A model generated the notes under the pieces. That model had not been told where the DNA came from. It was given only the letters and a program-made list of their open reading frames with translations, and ran no database searches. Below, in pieces: positions 46,774 to 56,274 of a stretch of 64,000 nt of DNA (position 1 is the stretch's first letter; each line of letters starts with the position of its first letter). Location: assembly GCA_965204615.1 (NCBI GenBank), contig OZ242000.1, positions 1,473,803 to 1,537,802 on the forward strand. The letters run 5' to 3'. Origin of the DNA: Acidimicrobiia bacterium. Lineage in GTDB: Bacteria > Actinomycetota > Acidimicrobiia > Spongiisociales > ZC4RG35. A program made the translations under genes and the position numbers.

Positions 46774-47748
46774 CTACCGGGCGGGACCTTCATACCGGTC
46801 CAGGACCGCAGAGGCGAGCTCTCCCAATGCCTGCTTGGCCCGGTCACCCTCGACGATGGACAGGTCAGGGCCGAGCCGGAGTGCGAGCCGGGCGGCGATC
46901 CGCGGGTCCCGGGTGTAGAACTCGGCGAGCACCGGACCCTCCCCGTCCTCGGAGAGAACCCGCATCGGATATTGCTCGGTGATCCAGCGCCCCGCCGGAC
47001 GGATAGCAAACACCACCCGGTGGTCATCGGGCCCGGGCCGATAGTCGGTGGGTGGCGGAGGGATCCGTCGGGGCAGATTGAAACCCTCCCCGGTGGAGGC
47101 GGCGCGTCGGACCCCGTCCACCCGGTAGCGGCGCCGCTGCTTCTTGGTACGGCAGTATCCCCACAGGTACCACACACCCCTCCACTGATACACCTGCCAG
47201 GGTTCCACCACCCGATCGGAGAGCTCTCCCTTGTCGGTCGAGCGATATCGCAGCCGGACCACCTCCCGGGCGATGGTCCACTCCCGGAGTCTCCTCACCA
47301 TGGCAGGGCCGGTGACCGCCGGGATCCGGAGAGCCCCGGCGTCCTCGGGCATCAGGGCCTTCTCCAGTTTCTCGGCCGCCGACCTCAGGTCGGGAACGTC
47401 GGCGGTGATCCCCAGCACGGTCTTGGCGGAGATCAGACAGGCCATGGCCTCGAAGGGATGGAACCCGGGCGTGGCCGGGAAATTGGGCGCCTCGAGCACC
47501 CTGACGTATTCCTCGGTGATCTCCACCGAGAAGCGCTGCTCGGGGCTTACGAACAGATCCACCTCATTGAGGGCTTCCATGTCATCCACCAACTGGTCGA
47601 GCCTGACCGCGAAACGGTGCTCCATCTCCCTGATACGCACTTCCCCCTCCCTTATCAGCCAGGGGACAACCATCAACAGGCGGGCCAGGTTGCCCAGGGG
47701 CTGTCCGTAACTCACCGGCACCGGCCTTCCAGAGACGCCGTCACCCAC
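46774..47748 (-). CDS. pafC: WYL-domain transcriptional regulator, PafC-like
   Basis: An N-terminal HTH and a WYL region (WQVYQWRGVWYLWGYC) lie downstream of pafA-pafB. The order pafA-pafB-pafC matches the actinobacterial Pup-proteasome accessory locus. Confidence 0.7.
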   Translation of the reverse strand: MGDGVSGRPVPVSYGQPLGNLARLLMVVPWLIREGEVRIREMEHRFAVRLDQLVDDMEALNEVDLFVSPEQRFSVEITEEYVRVLEAPNFPATPGFHPFEAMACLISAKTVLGITADVPDLRSAAEKLEKALMPEDAGALRIPAVTGPAMVRRLREWTIAREVVRLRYRSTDKGELSDRVVEPWQVYQWRGVWYLWGYCRTKKQRRRYRVDGVRRAASTGEGFNLPRRIPPPPTDYRPGPDDHRVVFAIRPAGRWITEQYPMRVLSEDGEGPVLAEFYTRDPRIAARLALRLGPDLSIVEGDRAKQALGELASAVLDRYEGPAR

Positions 47749-48644
47749 TCCACCATCCCGGTCCGCATGGAGGGGGGAGCGATGATCTCACCGTCCGGAG
47801 CGAAGTTCAGCAGCCAACCCAGGAAGGACGGCCGGTTGGTCACCCACATGACCACGGTCAGAGAACCGTCGGCCTCTTCGTCGATCCGAGCGGTGGCGGG
47901 GAGAAGCGGACGAACATACCAGGCTGACCCGGCATCGAAACGGACGGTCGTCTCGACGGGGACATCCTCCCCGATCTCCCACATTTCGGAGGTCAGGATG
48001 CTGGGCTCCTCCGACAACGGCAAGACGTCGTACATGTCCTCCCTGGGGGAAACGAACAGGCCGCCAAGGCGATCGATCCTGAAGGTCTTGGTGGCCCCCT
48101 CATCCCTCGCCTGCAAATACCAGCGCCCCCGGTGGTTGACTACCCGAAGCGGCTCCACCCTCTCGCGCCTCCGTCCCTTGTAGTCGAAGAAAACCTGTGA
48201 CCGGGACTGGACCGCCCTCAACAGTTCATTGACCTTTTCCAACTCCAATACGCCCACGTTTACCTTCACCGTCGCCATTGCCTGCGGCGAGGCGCCCAGT
48301 TTCACCAGCGTGCGGTCGACAGAGTGCGTATCGCCAAGGTTCACCATGGCCACCGCCACCGCCAACGCCACCCGTTCGGAGTCGGAGAGATCCATCTCTC
48401 CCAAGGCGTCCTGGGGCTGTGCGAGGGTGTAGGTGGCCGGTCCCTCGTCGGGCTGCTCCGTCCTGATGTCGAAGCCCACCTTCCGCAGGGAGGCCTTGTC
48501 CCTCTCGAAGGTGCGGCGAGCCGTCTCGGAATTCTCATAGCTCCGGTAGGGCGCCATCCGCCGGAAGATCTCATCCCGGGTGAATCTTCGCTTGCTCGAC
48601 CACAGGAGACACAGCAGGTTCAGAAGTCGCTCCCTCTTTCTCAC
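47712..48644 (-). CDS. pafB: WYL-domain transcriptional regulator, PafB-like
   Basis: The N-terminus MRKRERLLNLLCLLWSSKRRFTRDEI... resembles the PafB HTH, followed by a WYL/WCX region. It sits immediately downstream of pafA. Confidence 0.7.
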   Translation of the reverse strand: MRKRERLLNLLCLLWSSKRRFTRDEIFRRMAPYRSYENSETARRTFERDKASLRKVGFDIRTEQPDEGPATYTLAQPQDALGEMDLSDSERVALAVAVAMVNLGDTHSVDRTLVKLGASPQAMATVKVNVGVLELEKVNELLRAVQSRSQVFFDYKGRRRERVEPLRVVNHRGRWYLQARDEGATKTFRIDRLGGLFVSPREDMYDVLPLSEEPSILTSEMWEIGEDVPVETTVRFDAGSAWYVRPLLPATARIDEEADGSLTVVMWVTNRPSFLGWLLNFAPDGEIIAPPSMRTGMVEWVTASLEGRCR

Positions 48645-48658
48645 CCCACAACTCCCTC

Positions 48659-50017
48659 CTACAGAGATTCGATGAATCGCTCGATCCGCTCGTCATGTGA
48701 GCGGAACGGGTCCTTGCACAACATGGTCTGTTGGGTCTGGTCGTTCAACTTCAGGTGCATCCAGTCCACCGCGAAGTCCCGTCGACGGGCTTTGGCCGCC
48801 TTGATGAAAGCGCCCCGGAGGCGGGCCCGGGTGGTTTGGGGAGGCCTGGTCTGAGCTCGTGAGACCTGCTCGTCGGTGACGATCTTGTCCACCAGGTCGT
48901 GCCTCTCCAACATGTAATAGAGACCTCTACTCGTATCCACATCGTGATAGGAGAGATCCACCATTGCCAGTCGGGCGTCCTTTTCGGAGATCCCTCTCCG
49001 TTCCCGATACTCCTCCAGCAACCGGTATTTGACCACCCAATCCACCTCCCGGTCGAGGCTGAGGGGGTCTTTCTCCAGGCCGGTCAGCAGGTGCTCCCAG
49101 CGATCCACTGCTCGCTGCACCTCCGGAGGGAATCCGGGTCCCTGCGCATACCGGGTGACCCGGTCGAAGTATTCCCACTGGATGTCCAGGGCCGACATCA
49201 GCCTTCCGTTCTTGAGCCGGACGTTGGTGGAACAGGTCAGATCGTGGGAGATCTGGCGGATGGCCTTGATGGGGTTTTCAAGGGTGAGGTCGCGGAAGGT
49301 GGCATCGCCCTCGATCATCTGCAAGAGCGCCAGCATCGTCCCGATCTTGACGAAGGTGGCGTATTGGCTCATATTCGAGTCGCCGGCGATGAGATGCAGT
49401 CGCCGGTACATCTCTGCATCGGCGTGGGGTTCATCCCGGGTGTTGATGATGGGACGGCTCCGGGTGGTTGCCGAGGAGATCCCCTCCCAGATGTGATCGG
49501 CTCGCTGTGCTATCGAATAGGTTGCCTGCCGAGAGGTCTGATGAAGCTTGCCCGCCCCCAGAAAGATCTGTCTCGTCACCAGGAAAGGCAGGAGGATGTT
49601 CACCGTCCGGTCGAAATCCTTGGCCCGGCTGATCAGATAATTCTCATGGCATCCGTAGCTGTTTCCGGCCGAGTCGGTGTTGTTCTTGAACAAGAAGACC
49701 TGCCCCTTGACGCCTTCGGCCGAGAGACGATCCTCCGCAGAGTTGATGAGACTCTCCAGGAAGCGCTCGCCCGCCCGGTCATAGACGATCACATCCTCTA
49801 TCGTGTCGCACTCAGGGGTGGCATACTCGGGATGGGACCCCACGTCCAGGTAGAGCCGGGCGCCGTTCTCCAGGAACACGTTGGACGAACGCCCCCAACT
49901 CACCACCCTCCTGAACAGATAGCGGGCAACCTCATCGGGACTGAGCCGCCGCTGCCCCCGCAGGGTGAATGTGACGCCGTATTCGCTCTCCAGCCCGAAG
50001 ATGCGCCGTTCCATCAC
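48659..50017 (-). CDS. pafA: Pup--protein ligase PafA
   Basis: The N-terminus [14 protein letters not shown]...[49 protein letters not shown] is near-identical to the conserved PafA/Dop carboxylate-amine ligase core. It lacks the Dop-specific insertion and is followed by pafBC, so it is called PafA. Confidence 0.85.
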   Translation of the reverse strand: MMERRIFGLESEYGVTFTLRGQRRLSPDEVARYLFRRVVSWGRSSNVFLENGARLYLDVGSHPEYATPECDTIEDVIVYDRAGERFLESLINSAEDRLSAEGVKGQVFLFKNNTDSAGNSYGCHENYLISRAKDFDRTVNILLPFLVTRQIFLGAGKLHQTSRQATYSIAQRADHIWEGISSATTRSRPIINTRDEPHADAEMYRRLHLIAGDSNMSQYATFVKIGTMLALLQMIEGDATFRDLTLENPIKAIRQISHDLTCSTNVRLKNGRLMSALDIQWEYFDRVTRYAQGPGFPPEVQRAVDRWEHLLTGLEKDPLSLDREVDWVVKYRLLEEYRERRGISEKDARLAMVDLSYHDVDTSRGLYYMLERHDLVDKIVTDEQVSRAQTRPPQTTRARLRGAFIKAAKARRRDFAVDWMHLKLNDQTQQTMLCKDPFRSHDERIERFIESL

Positions 50018-50081
50018 CGGAGATGGTACCCCGGACCCGGCGGTTAGGCGGCCATAGGTTTCGGGCCCTCGGCCGAGAGGG

Positions 50082-51455
50082 CTACTCGGCGGCGTCGGTG
50101 ATGCTCTCGGACAGCGAGGGGTGCACCATGAGGGTCTCCACCAAATTGTCGATGGTGACGTCCGCCTGTACGGCCAGGGCGACGATTCCGATCAGATCGG
50201 AGGCGCGATGTCCCACGATGGTGCCTCCGAGCACCACCCGGGTGGCCGGGTCGGAGATCACCTTCACGAATCCCTCTTCCCTTCCCTGGAGGACACTCCG
50301 CGGATTGGCGGCGAACGGGACCTTGGTTGTGCGCACCTTGCGACCCTCGGCGGCGGCCGTCACATCCTCCAGCCCCACCGATGCGATCTCCGGCGAAGTG
50401 AACACCGCCGCCGCCACGTTGGAGTAGTCCAGTGGCGACACCGGATACCCGAGGGCGTGACGGGCGATCTTCCGCCCCTGCTGGGCCGCCACCGAGGAGA
50501 GCGGCATCTTGCCGCAGCAGTCCCCGGCCGCATAGATGTGACGCACGGAAGTGCGCTGGAAGGCATCCACCTGCACGAAACCCGCCCGGCTGAGGCGCAC
50601 CCCCGCTTCGTCGAGGCCCATGTTCCTGGTGAGCGGGACCGACCCGACAGCCAGCAACATGTGGCTGCCTTCCACCCGACGCCCGTCATCACACTCCACC
50701 AACACACCGTTGTCCGTGAGATGAGTGGCGTTGGCATACGCGCCGATCACCAGTCTCACCCCCTTTTCCAGGAAGTCGTTCTGCAACACCGCCGCCACCT
50801 CCGGGTCTCTGTGGGGGAGGATCTGCTGGCGGCTCACCACCAGGGTCACCTCGCTCCCCAGGGACTTGAAAATGTGGGTGAACTCTACCCCGGTCACCCC
50901 CGAGCCCACTATCACCAAATGGGTCGGAACCACATCCAGGTCATAGGCATGACGAGTCGTGAGCACCCGTTCCCCATCCACCGGCGCCCAGTCCGGAACC
51001 CGTGGCGCCGACCCCGTGGAGACGATACCGAAGTCGAAGTCGAATTCCCGGATCCCCTCCTGGGTCTCCACCGCCGCCCGGTTCGGGCCGATGAAACGAC
51101 CCCGACCCCTGATTAGCTGCACGTCCTGGGAGAGCAGCAACTCCATGAAACCGATGTTGATGTCACTCCAGATGGTCCTGATCCTCTCCGCCAACTGGTT
51201 CTGGTCGACTCGCGCCGTTCCTGCCACCACTCCCATCCGGGCGGCTTTGTCGATCAGGTCCTTGGTGACCGCGGTGGCAGCCATGGTCTTGGAGGGGATG
51301 CAGTCCCAAAGATGGGCGCCTCCTCCCACCACCGAGTCCTCAACCAGGACCACCCGGGCCCCCAGGGATGCGGCGGTGGTGGCGGCGCTCACGCCCGCCG
51401 GGCCCCCTCCAATGATCACAAAGGTCGGGCCCTCGCCGGAATACATGAAGCTCAT
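50082..51455 (-). CDS. Pyridine nucleotide-disulfide oxidoreductase family flavoprotein lacking the redox-active CxxxxC (LpdA-like NAD(P)H dehydrogenase)
   Basis: FAD motif [11 protein letters not shown] motif [12 protein letters not shown], and a C-terminal dimerisation domain with HP...E. The dihydrolipoamide-dehydrogenase disulfide site reads [12 protein letters not shown], with one Cys only. Confidence 0.75.
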   Translation of the reverse strand: MSFMYSGEGPTFVIIGGGPAGVSAATTAASLGARVVLVEDSVVGGGAHLWDCIPSKTMAATAVTKDLIDKAARMGVVAGTARVDQNQLAERIRTIWSDINIGFMELLLSQDVQLIRGRGRFIGPNRAAVETQEGIREFDFDFGIVSTGSAPRVPDWAPVDGERVLTTRHAYDLDVVPTHLVIVGSGVTGVEFTHIFKSLGSEVTLVVSRQQILPHRDPEVAAVLQNDFLEKGVRLVIGAYANATHLTDNGVLVECDDGRRVEGSHMLLAVGSVPLTRNMGLDEAGVRLSRAGFVQVDAFQRTSVRHIYAAGDCCGKMPLSSVAAQQGRKIARHALGYPVSPLDYSNVAAAVFTSPEIASVGLEDVTAAAEGRKVRTTKVPFAANPRSVLQGREEGFVKVISDPATRVVLGGTIVGHRASDLIGIVALAVQADVTIDNLVETLMVHPSLSESITDAAE

Positions 51456-53011
51456 GTTCCGGGCCTATGCACGCCGAAAGCGTCCCGCAGGACACCGGAG
51501 ACCTCCCCCAGTGTGGCGCCCACCCCCAGCGCCTCCCTCATCGGATACATCAGGTTCTCCTCTCCCCGGGCTGTTGTTCCCAGAGTCTGCAGCGATCCTT
51601 CCACCGCTCTCTGATCGCGATTCGCCCGGTGGAGGGCCAGCCTCTCCCGCTGGGACCTCTCCAGGGCCGGGTCGGTGCGACTGATCGTGGGGTCGGGTGA
51701 ATCGTCGTCTCGGTACCGGTTCACCCCCACTACGGTAATAGATCCGTCCTCTATTCCACGGGCCGTCCGGTATGCCGATTCCTCGATGCGGGCCTGCATC
51801 CACCCGGTGGCCTGCACCGCTCCCCCCCTGGCATCAATCTCCTCCAGCAAGCTGTTGGCCTCCTCCTCCAGAGCGTCGGTCAGCGCTTCCACATAGTAGG
51901 CGCCGGCCAGAGGGTCGACCGTGTCGGTTGTTCCCGACTCGTGGGCGAGGATCTGCTGGGTGCGCAGGGCAAGAGTGGCGGAATGCTCGGTGGGAAGTCC
52001 CAACGCCTCATCGAAGCCATTGGTGTGCAGGGACTGGGTGCCTCCCAACACGGCCGCCAGGGCCTGGACCGTGGTACGAACTATGTTGTTTTCCGGCTGA
52101 TGGGCAGTGAGGCTGCTCCCGGCAGTCTGGGCGTGGAAGCGCATCCTGAGGGAGGCGGGAGTTCCCGCGCCGAAGACCTCCTTCATCATCCGCGCCCAGA
52201 CCCTCCTGGCAGCCCGGAACTTCGCCGCCTCTTCGAACAGGTGACTGTGGCTGTTCCAGAAGAACGAGATACGAGGAGCAAAGTCATCCACCGCCAACCC
52301 CGCGCCGATCGCCGCCCGGACATAGGCGGCGCCGTTGGCGATGGTGAAGGCCAGTTCCTCAGGAGCTGTGGCGCCCGCTTCCCGTATGTGATATCCCGAT
52401 ACCGAGATGGGATTCCAAAGGGGAAGATGCCGGGAGGCATAGGAGATCAGGTCGGTCACCAGCCTCATGGAGGGACCGGGAGGATAGATGTAAGTGCCCC
52501 GGGCAAGGTACTCCTTGAGGATGTCGTTTTGCACCGTACCTCGCAACCGGTGAGGCGCCACACCCTGGGACTCGGCCACCAGTTCATAGAGCAGCAGCAG
52601 AATCGGCGCGGTGGCGTTGATGGTCATGGAGGTGGAGACCTCCCCGAGGGGTAGACCTCCGAGGAGCCGGCGCATGTCCTCCAGCGTGTCGATGGCCACT
52701 CCCACCCGCCCCACCTCTCCCCTGGCCAGGGGGTGGTCCGAATCGAGGCCCATCTGGGTGGGAAGGTCGAAGGCAACCGACAGCCCGGTCTGCCCAGCCG
52801 CCAACAGGGCGTGAAAACGCTGGTTGGAGGTCTCGGCCGTCCCGAATCCGGCATACTGGCGCATGGTCCAGCGGCGCCGCCGGTACATGGAGGGATAGGG
52901 GCCCCGGGTGAAGGGATACTCTCCGGGCATCCCCAGTCCGGAGTCGTCCACCGGGCCCGTGTAGACCTCCTCGGTGGCTATTCCTCCCGGAGTGGTAACG
53001 GTTTCTTCCAT
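51452..53011 (-). CDS. Methylmalonyl-CoA mutase family protein, substrate-binding TIM-barrel subunit without a B12-binding domain (IcmA/MCM-N-terminal-like)
   Basis: MCM-family motifs (YAGFGTAE..SNQRF, TGLSVAFD, QNDILKEY..RGTYIYPP, FFWNSHS) are present. At about 519 aa it ends before any C-terminal cobalamin domain. Confidence 0.75.
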   Translation of the reverse strand: MEETVTTPGGIATEEVYTGPVDDSGLGMPGEYPFTRGPYPSMYRRRRWTMRQYAGFGTAETSNQRFHALLAAGQTGLSVAFDLPTQMGLDSDHPLARGEVGRVGVAIDTLEDMRRLLGGLPLGEVSTSMTINATAPILLLLYELVAESQGVAPHRLRGTVQNDILKEYLARGTYIYPPGPSMRLVTDLISYASRHLPLWNPISVSGYHIREAGATAPEELAFTIANGAAYVRAAIGAGLAVDDFAPRISFFWNSHSHLFEEAAKFRAARRVWARMMKEVFGAGTPASLRMRFHAQTAGSSLTAHQPENNIVRTTVQALAAVLGGTQSLHTNGFDEALGLPTEHSATLALRTQQILAHESGTTDTVDPLAGAYYVEALTDALEEEANSLLEEIDARGGAVQATGWMQARIEESAYRTARGIEDGSITVVGVNRYRDDDSPDPTISRTDPALERSQRERLALHRANRDQRAVEGSLQTLGTTARGEENLMYPMREALGVGATLGEVSGVLRDAFGVHRPGT

Positions 53012-53131
53012 AACCCCTATATCCTCGCGGTTGTCATAGGAATCGTACCTTCCCCGCCATCCTGCATTTTGTAAGTGTTGCGCCCATCACCCTTTCACCG
53101 CGCTGAAGCCCAGGACCGCAGGGACCGGTGG

Positions 53132-56098
53132 ATGCCGTCCCTGGCAGGTCTGCTGGCGATTGTCGTAATCACGGCCGGCTGGGGGGTGCTGTTGGCCTTT
53201 CTGGGAGTCACGGCCGTATACGGAGTCTTCGATGAGGTCACCGGAAGGCTGAATCCCGACGTGTCGACCATTGACCTCACCCTCCCCGACCTGTCCCGGG
53301 TCTCCAGGGTGTATGCCTCCGACGGAGAACTCCTGGCCGAGTTGCACGACGGGCGGGTCTCCGAACCTCTGCCCATAGCACAGATCCCCGAGGTGGTGAT
53401 ATACGCGGTGCTGGCCGCCGAGGACGACGACTTCTACGAGCATGAGGGAGTCGACTTCACCGCCATCGCCCGGACCGCGGTGTACAACTTTCTCTATCAG
53501 ACCAACCTGGGCGGGTCCACCATCACCCAGCAGGTGGCGAAAAACCACTTCGTGGGAGCCGACGTCACCATAGAGCGCAAGATTCGGGAAGCGTTCGTCT
53601 CCACGGACCTGGAGCGGACATATGAAAAGGACCAGATCCTGGAGTTCTATCTCAACTCGGTCTACTTCGGATCGGGCGCCTATGGAGTGAGCACCGCCTC
53701 CCGGGAGTTCTTTGCCAAGCCGTTGGAGAAGATCATGCTGGAGGAGGCGGCCACTTTGGCGGTGTTGATCCGCAACCCTGGCTTCTACAACCCCCGGGTG
53801 CGCCCCGAGCGGACCAGGGATCGCCGCAATCTGATAATCGATCAGATGGTCGAGAACGGTTGGGCCGAAGCCGAGGAAGCCGAGGAAGCCAAGAACGCTC
53901 CGCTCGAGGTCGCCGAACACGTCCCATTCCGGGGAGAGGCCGATCATGTGGTGGCGGAGGTCAACCGCCAACTCCTCTATGATTCCCGGTTCGCCTTCCT
54001 GGGAGACACTCCCGAGCAGCGCAAGAAGGCGATCTTCGGGTGCGCCGCGGACAATCCGGAGTGTCAGGGCGGCGGGGGACTCCGTATCGAGACCACCGTG
54101 GACCTCGCTCTCCAGCGGGATGCCTATCGGGTCCTGGAGAGATGGTTGCCCCTCCCCGACTACCAACAGAATGTGATCATGTGCCAGGAACTGTTCCCCT
54201 CGGATCCCCTGTCATATCTGGAGAGCTACGCCACCGAGCATTCCTGCGCCCCCACCGGTTCCATCGTCACCGTGGACAACCTCACCGGCGCGGTGAAGGT
54301 GATGGCCTCCGGCCTGCCGTTTGACTTCATCCAGTTCGATCTGGCGATCCAGGGCCGGCGAAACCCCGGCTCCAGCATGAAACCCTTCGCCCTCCTGGGG
54401 GCGCTGGAACGCGACATTTCTCTGGGAACCGCATTCCCGGCCCCGCCCAACATCGAGATCCAGTGTCCGACAGTGTGTGTCGAGGACTCCGACATCTGGT
54501 CGGTGCGCAACGTCGGAACCCGGGACTACGGAGTGTTGACACTGGCCGACGCCACCAGTTCGTCCATAAACACCGTGTACGCCCAGATCTCGGAGATGAT
54601 CGGACCATCCAAGGTGGCCGAGGTCGCCCACCGGCTGGGTATCGAGTCCGATTTACCGGAGGTGCTCTCCATCGTGCTGGGCACCGGAGCGGTGAGCCCC
54701 CTGGAAATGGCGTCGGCATACTCCAACTTCGCCACCAACGGACAATGGGCTTCCCCCTACATCATCTCGCGGATTGTCTCGGCCGACTCCAGGATTCTCT
54801 ACGAGCACGAGGTGGAGCACCAGAGCAATGGAGATCCGGCCGCCTTCGCCGCGGCCCGCATACCCCTGGAAAAGGTCCCGACGCCGCAGGGAACCGGGTC
54901 GCGAGCTTCCATAGGACGCCCGCAGGGTGGAAAGACAGGCACCCACCAGGGATTCCGCGATGCGTGGTACGTGGGCTTTGTTCCCACCGCCACCACCGCG
55001 GTCTGGGTGGGTTATGAGCACAACCAGATCCCCCTGGAGAACGTGGTCATCGGCGGAGAACATTACCGCCGGGTCTACGGAGGATCGGTGCCCGCTCCCA
55101 TTTGGGCGGAGTTCATGGAGGTCATGCTCGAGGACGTGGAGGTGACCGGGTTCCCGCCCGATCCCCCCGGACTGAGCCGTTACCGGCTGCGCCCCGGCGC
55201 CTCGGTGCCGCAGGTGATCGGACTGGACCTCGAGACCGCGCAGACAACCTTGGTCGGCTCCCGTCTCAACTGGGAGATCGTGGACCTGGACTCGACAGCC
55301 CCGGCCGGAGAGGTTCTCTCCCAGGACCCTCCTCCCCGCTCGGACGTCCTCCAAGCCGACCGGATCACCCTGGAAGTCTCCACCGGATCCCCTCCCAGCG
55401 CCTCCCTCCCCGACTGGACCGGTCTCTCCATCACCGAGGTCCTCGACGACGCCGGCTCGTTGGAGCAGGAGACCGGTCTCCTGGTCATCCTGCAGGTGGT
55501 CTACACCCCCCACCTCCTATTGGAGACCGACCGCGTCATCACCACCGACCCACCCCCCGGAACACCGATCACCACCGGCGACCAGATAACCATCACCCTC
55601 TCCGACGGACAGGCGCCCCAAAACACCCCGCTCCCCGACTGGACCGGCCTCACCCTGGAAGAAACACTCGAGGCAATCCGCCAACTCGAAATCCGCACCG
55701 GACTCGTCGTGGTCCCCGACCAGGTATACGCACCACACGCCCAACTGGAAACCGACCGCGTCATCACCACCGACCCACCCCCCGGAACACCGATCACCAC
55801 CGGCGACCAGATAACCATCACCCTCTCCGACGGACAGGCGCCCCAAAACACCCCGCTCCCCGACTGGACCGGCCTCACCCTGGAAGAAACACTCGAGGCA
55901 ATCCGCCAACTCGAAATCCGCACCGGACTCGTCGTGGTCCCCGACCTGGTATACGCACCACACGCCCAACTGGAAACCGACCGCGTCATCACCACCGACC
56001 CACCCGCCGGAACACCGATCACCACCGGTGACCAGATAACCATCACCCTCTCGGAAGGACAGGTCCCGACTCAGGAGACGCCGGACTCCGACCCCTAG
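53132..56098 (+). CDS. Class A penicillin-binding protein (glycosyltransferase GT51 + transpeptidase) with three C-terminal PASTA domains
   Basis: GT51 motifs (EDDDFYEHEGVD, GGSTITQQ, RKIREA), transpeptidase SxxK (SSMKPF), SxN, and a KTG motif (GGKTGT). The C-terminus has three about 75-aa PASTA repeats. An alternative GTG start at 53075 was noted. Confidence 0.85.
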   Translation: MPSLAGLLAIVVITAGWGVLLAFLGVTAVYGVFDEVTGRLNPDVSTIDLTLPDLSRVSRVYASDGELLAELHDGRVSEPLPIAQIPEVVIYAVLAAEDDDFYEHEGVDFTAIARTAVYNFLYQTNLGGSTITQQVAKNHFVGADVTIERKIREAFVSTDLERTYEKDQILEFYLNSVYFGSGAYGVSTASREFFAKPLEKIMLEEAATLAVLIRNPGFYNPRVRPERTRDRRNLIIDQMVENGWAEAEEAEEAKNAPLEVAEHVPFRGEADHVVAEVNRQLLYDSRFAFLGDTPEQRKKAIFGCAADNPECQGGGGLRIETTVDLALQRDAYRVLERWLPLPDYQQNVIMCQELFPSDPLSYLESYATEHSCAPTGSIVTVDNLTGAVKVMASGLPFDFIQFDLAIQGRRNPGSSMKPFALLGALERDISLGTAFPAPPNIEIQCPTVCVEDSDIWSVRNVGTRDYGVLTLADATSSSINTVYAQISEMIGPSKVAEVAHRLGIESDLPEVLSIVLGTGAVSPLEMASAYSNFATNGQWASPYIISRIVSADSRILYEHEVEHQSNGDPAAFAAARIPLEKVPTPQGTGSRASIGRPQGGKTGTHQGFRDAWYVGFVPTATTAVWVGYEHNQIPLENVVIGGEHYRRVYGGSVPAPIWAEFMEVMLEDVEVTGFPPDPPGLSRYRLRPGASVPQVIGLDLETAQTTLVGSRLNWEIVDLDSTAPAGEVLSQDPPPRSDVLQADRITLEVSTGSPPSASLPDWTGLSITEVLDDAGSLEQETGLLVILQVVYTPHLLLETDRVITTDPPPGTPITTGDQITITLSDGQAPQNTPLPDWTGLTLEETLEAIRQLEIRTGLVVVPDQVYAPHAQLETDRVITTDPPPGTPITTGDQITITLSDGQAPQNTPLPDWTGLTLEETLEAIRQLEIRTGLVVVPDLVYAPHAQLETDRVITTDPPAGTPITTGDQITITLSEGQVPTQETPDSDP
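55405..56080. repeat. Tandem triplication of a about 225-nt PASTA-domain unit; copies 2 and 3 are near-identical at the nucleotide level
   Basis: The protein repeat PDWTGLTLEETLEAIRQLEIRTGLVVVPDQVYAPHAQLETDRVITTDPPPGTPITTGDQITITLSDGQAPQNTPL is repeated with only 2-3 substitutions. The DNA is almost identical from 55630 to 56080. Confidence 0.8.
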
Positions 56099-56274
56099 GT
56101 GCGGGTATGGCAGCCCGAGAACCACTACGCCGACATGGAGCCCCCGCGGCACTGTCGGCAACCGCAGGCCGGCCTGCCGATTCGGATGAGTATGCGCTGG
56201 GTGGAGTTGGCGGCGCCGGAGGGGCGGTCAGGCCGTCTGCCGGCAGGCCGGGACGGCTAAAGGCTCCAACCGGT

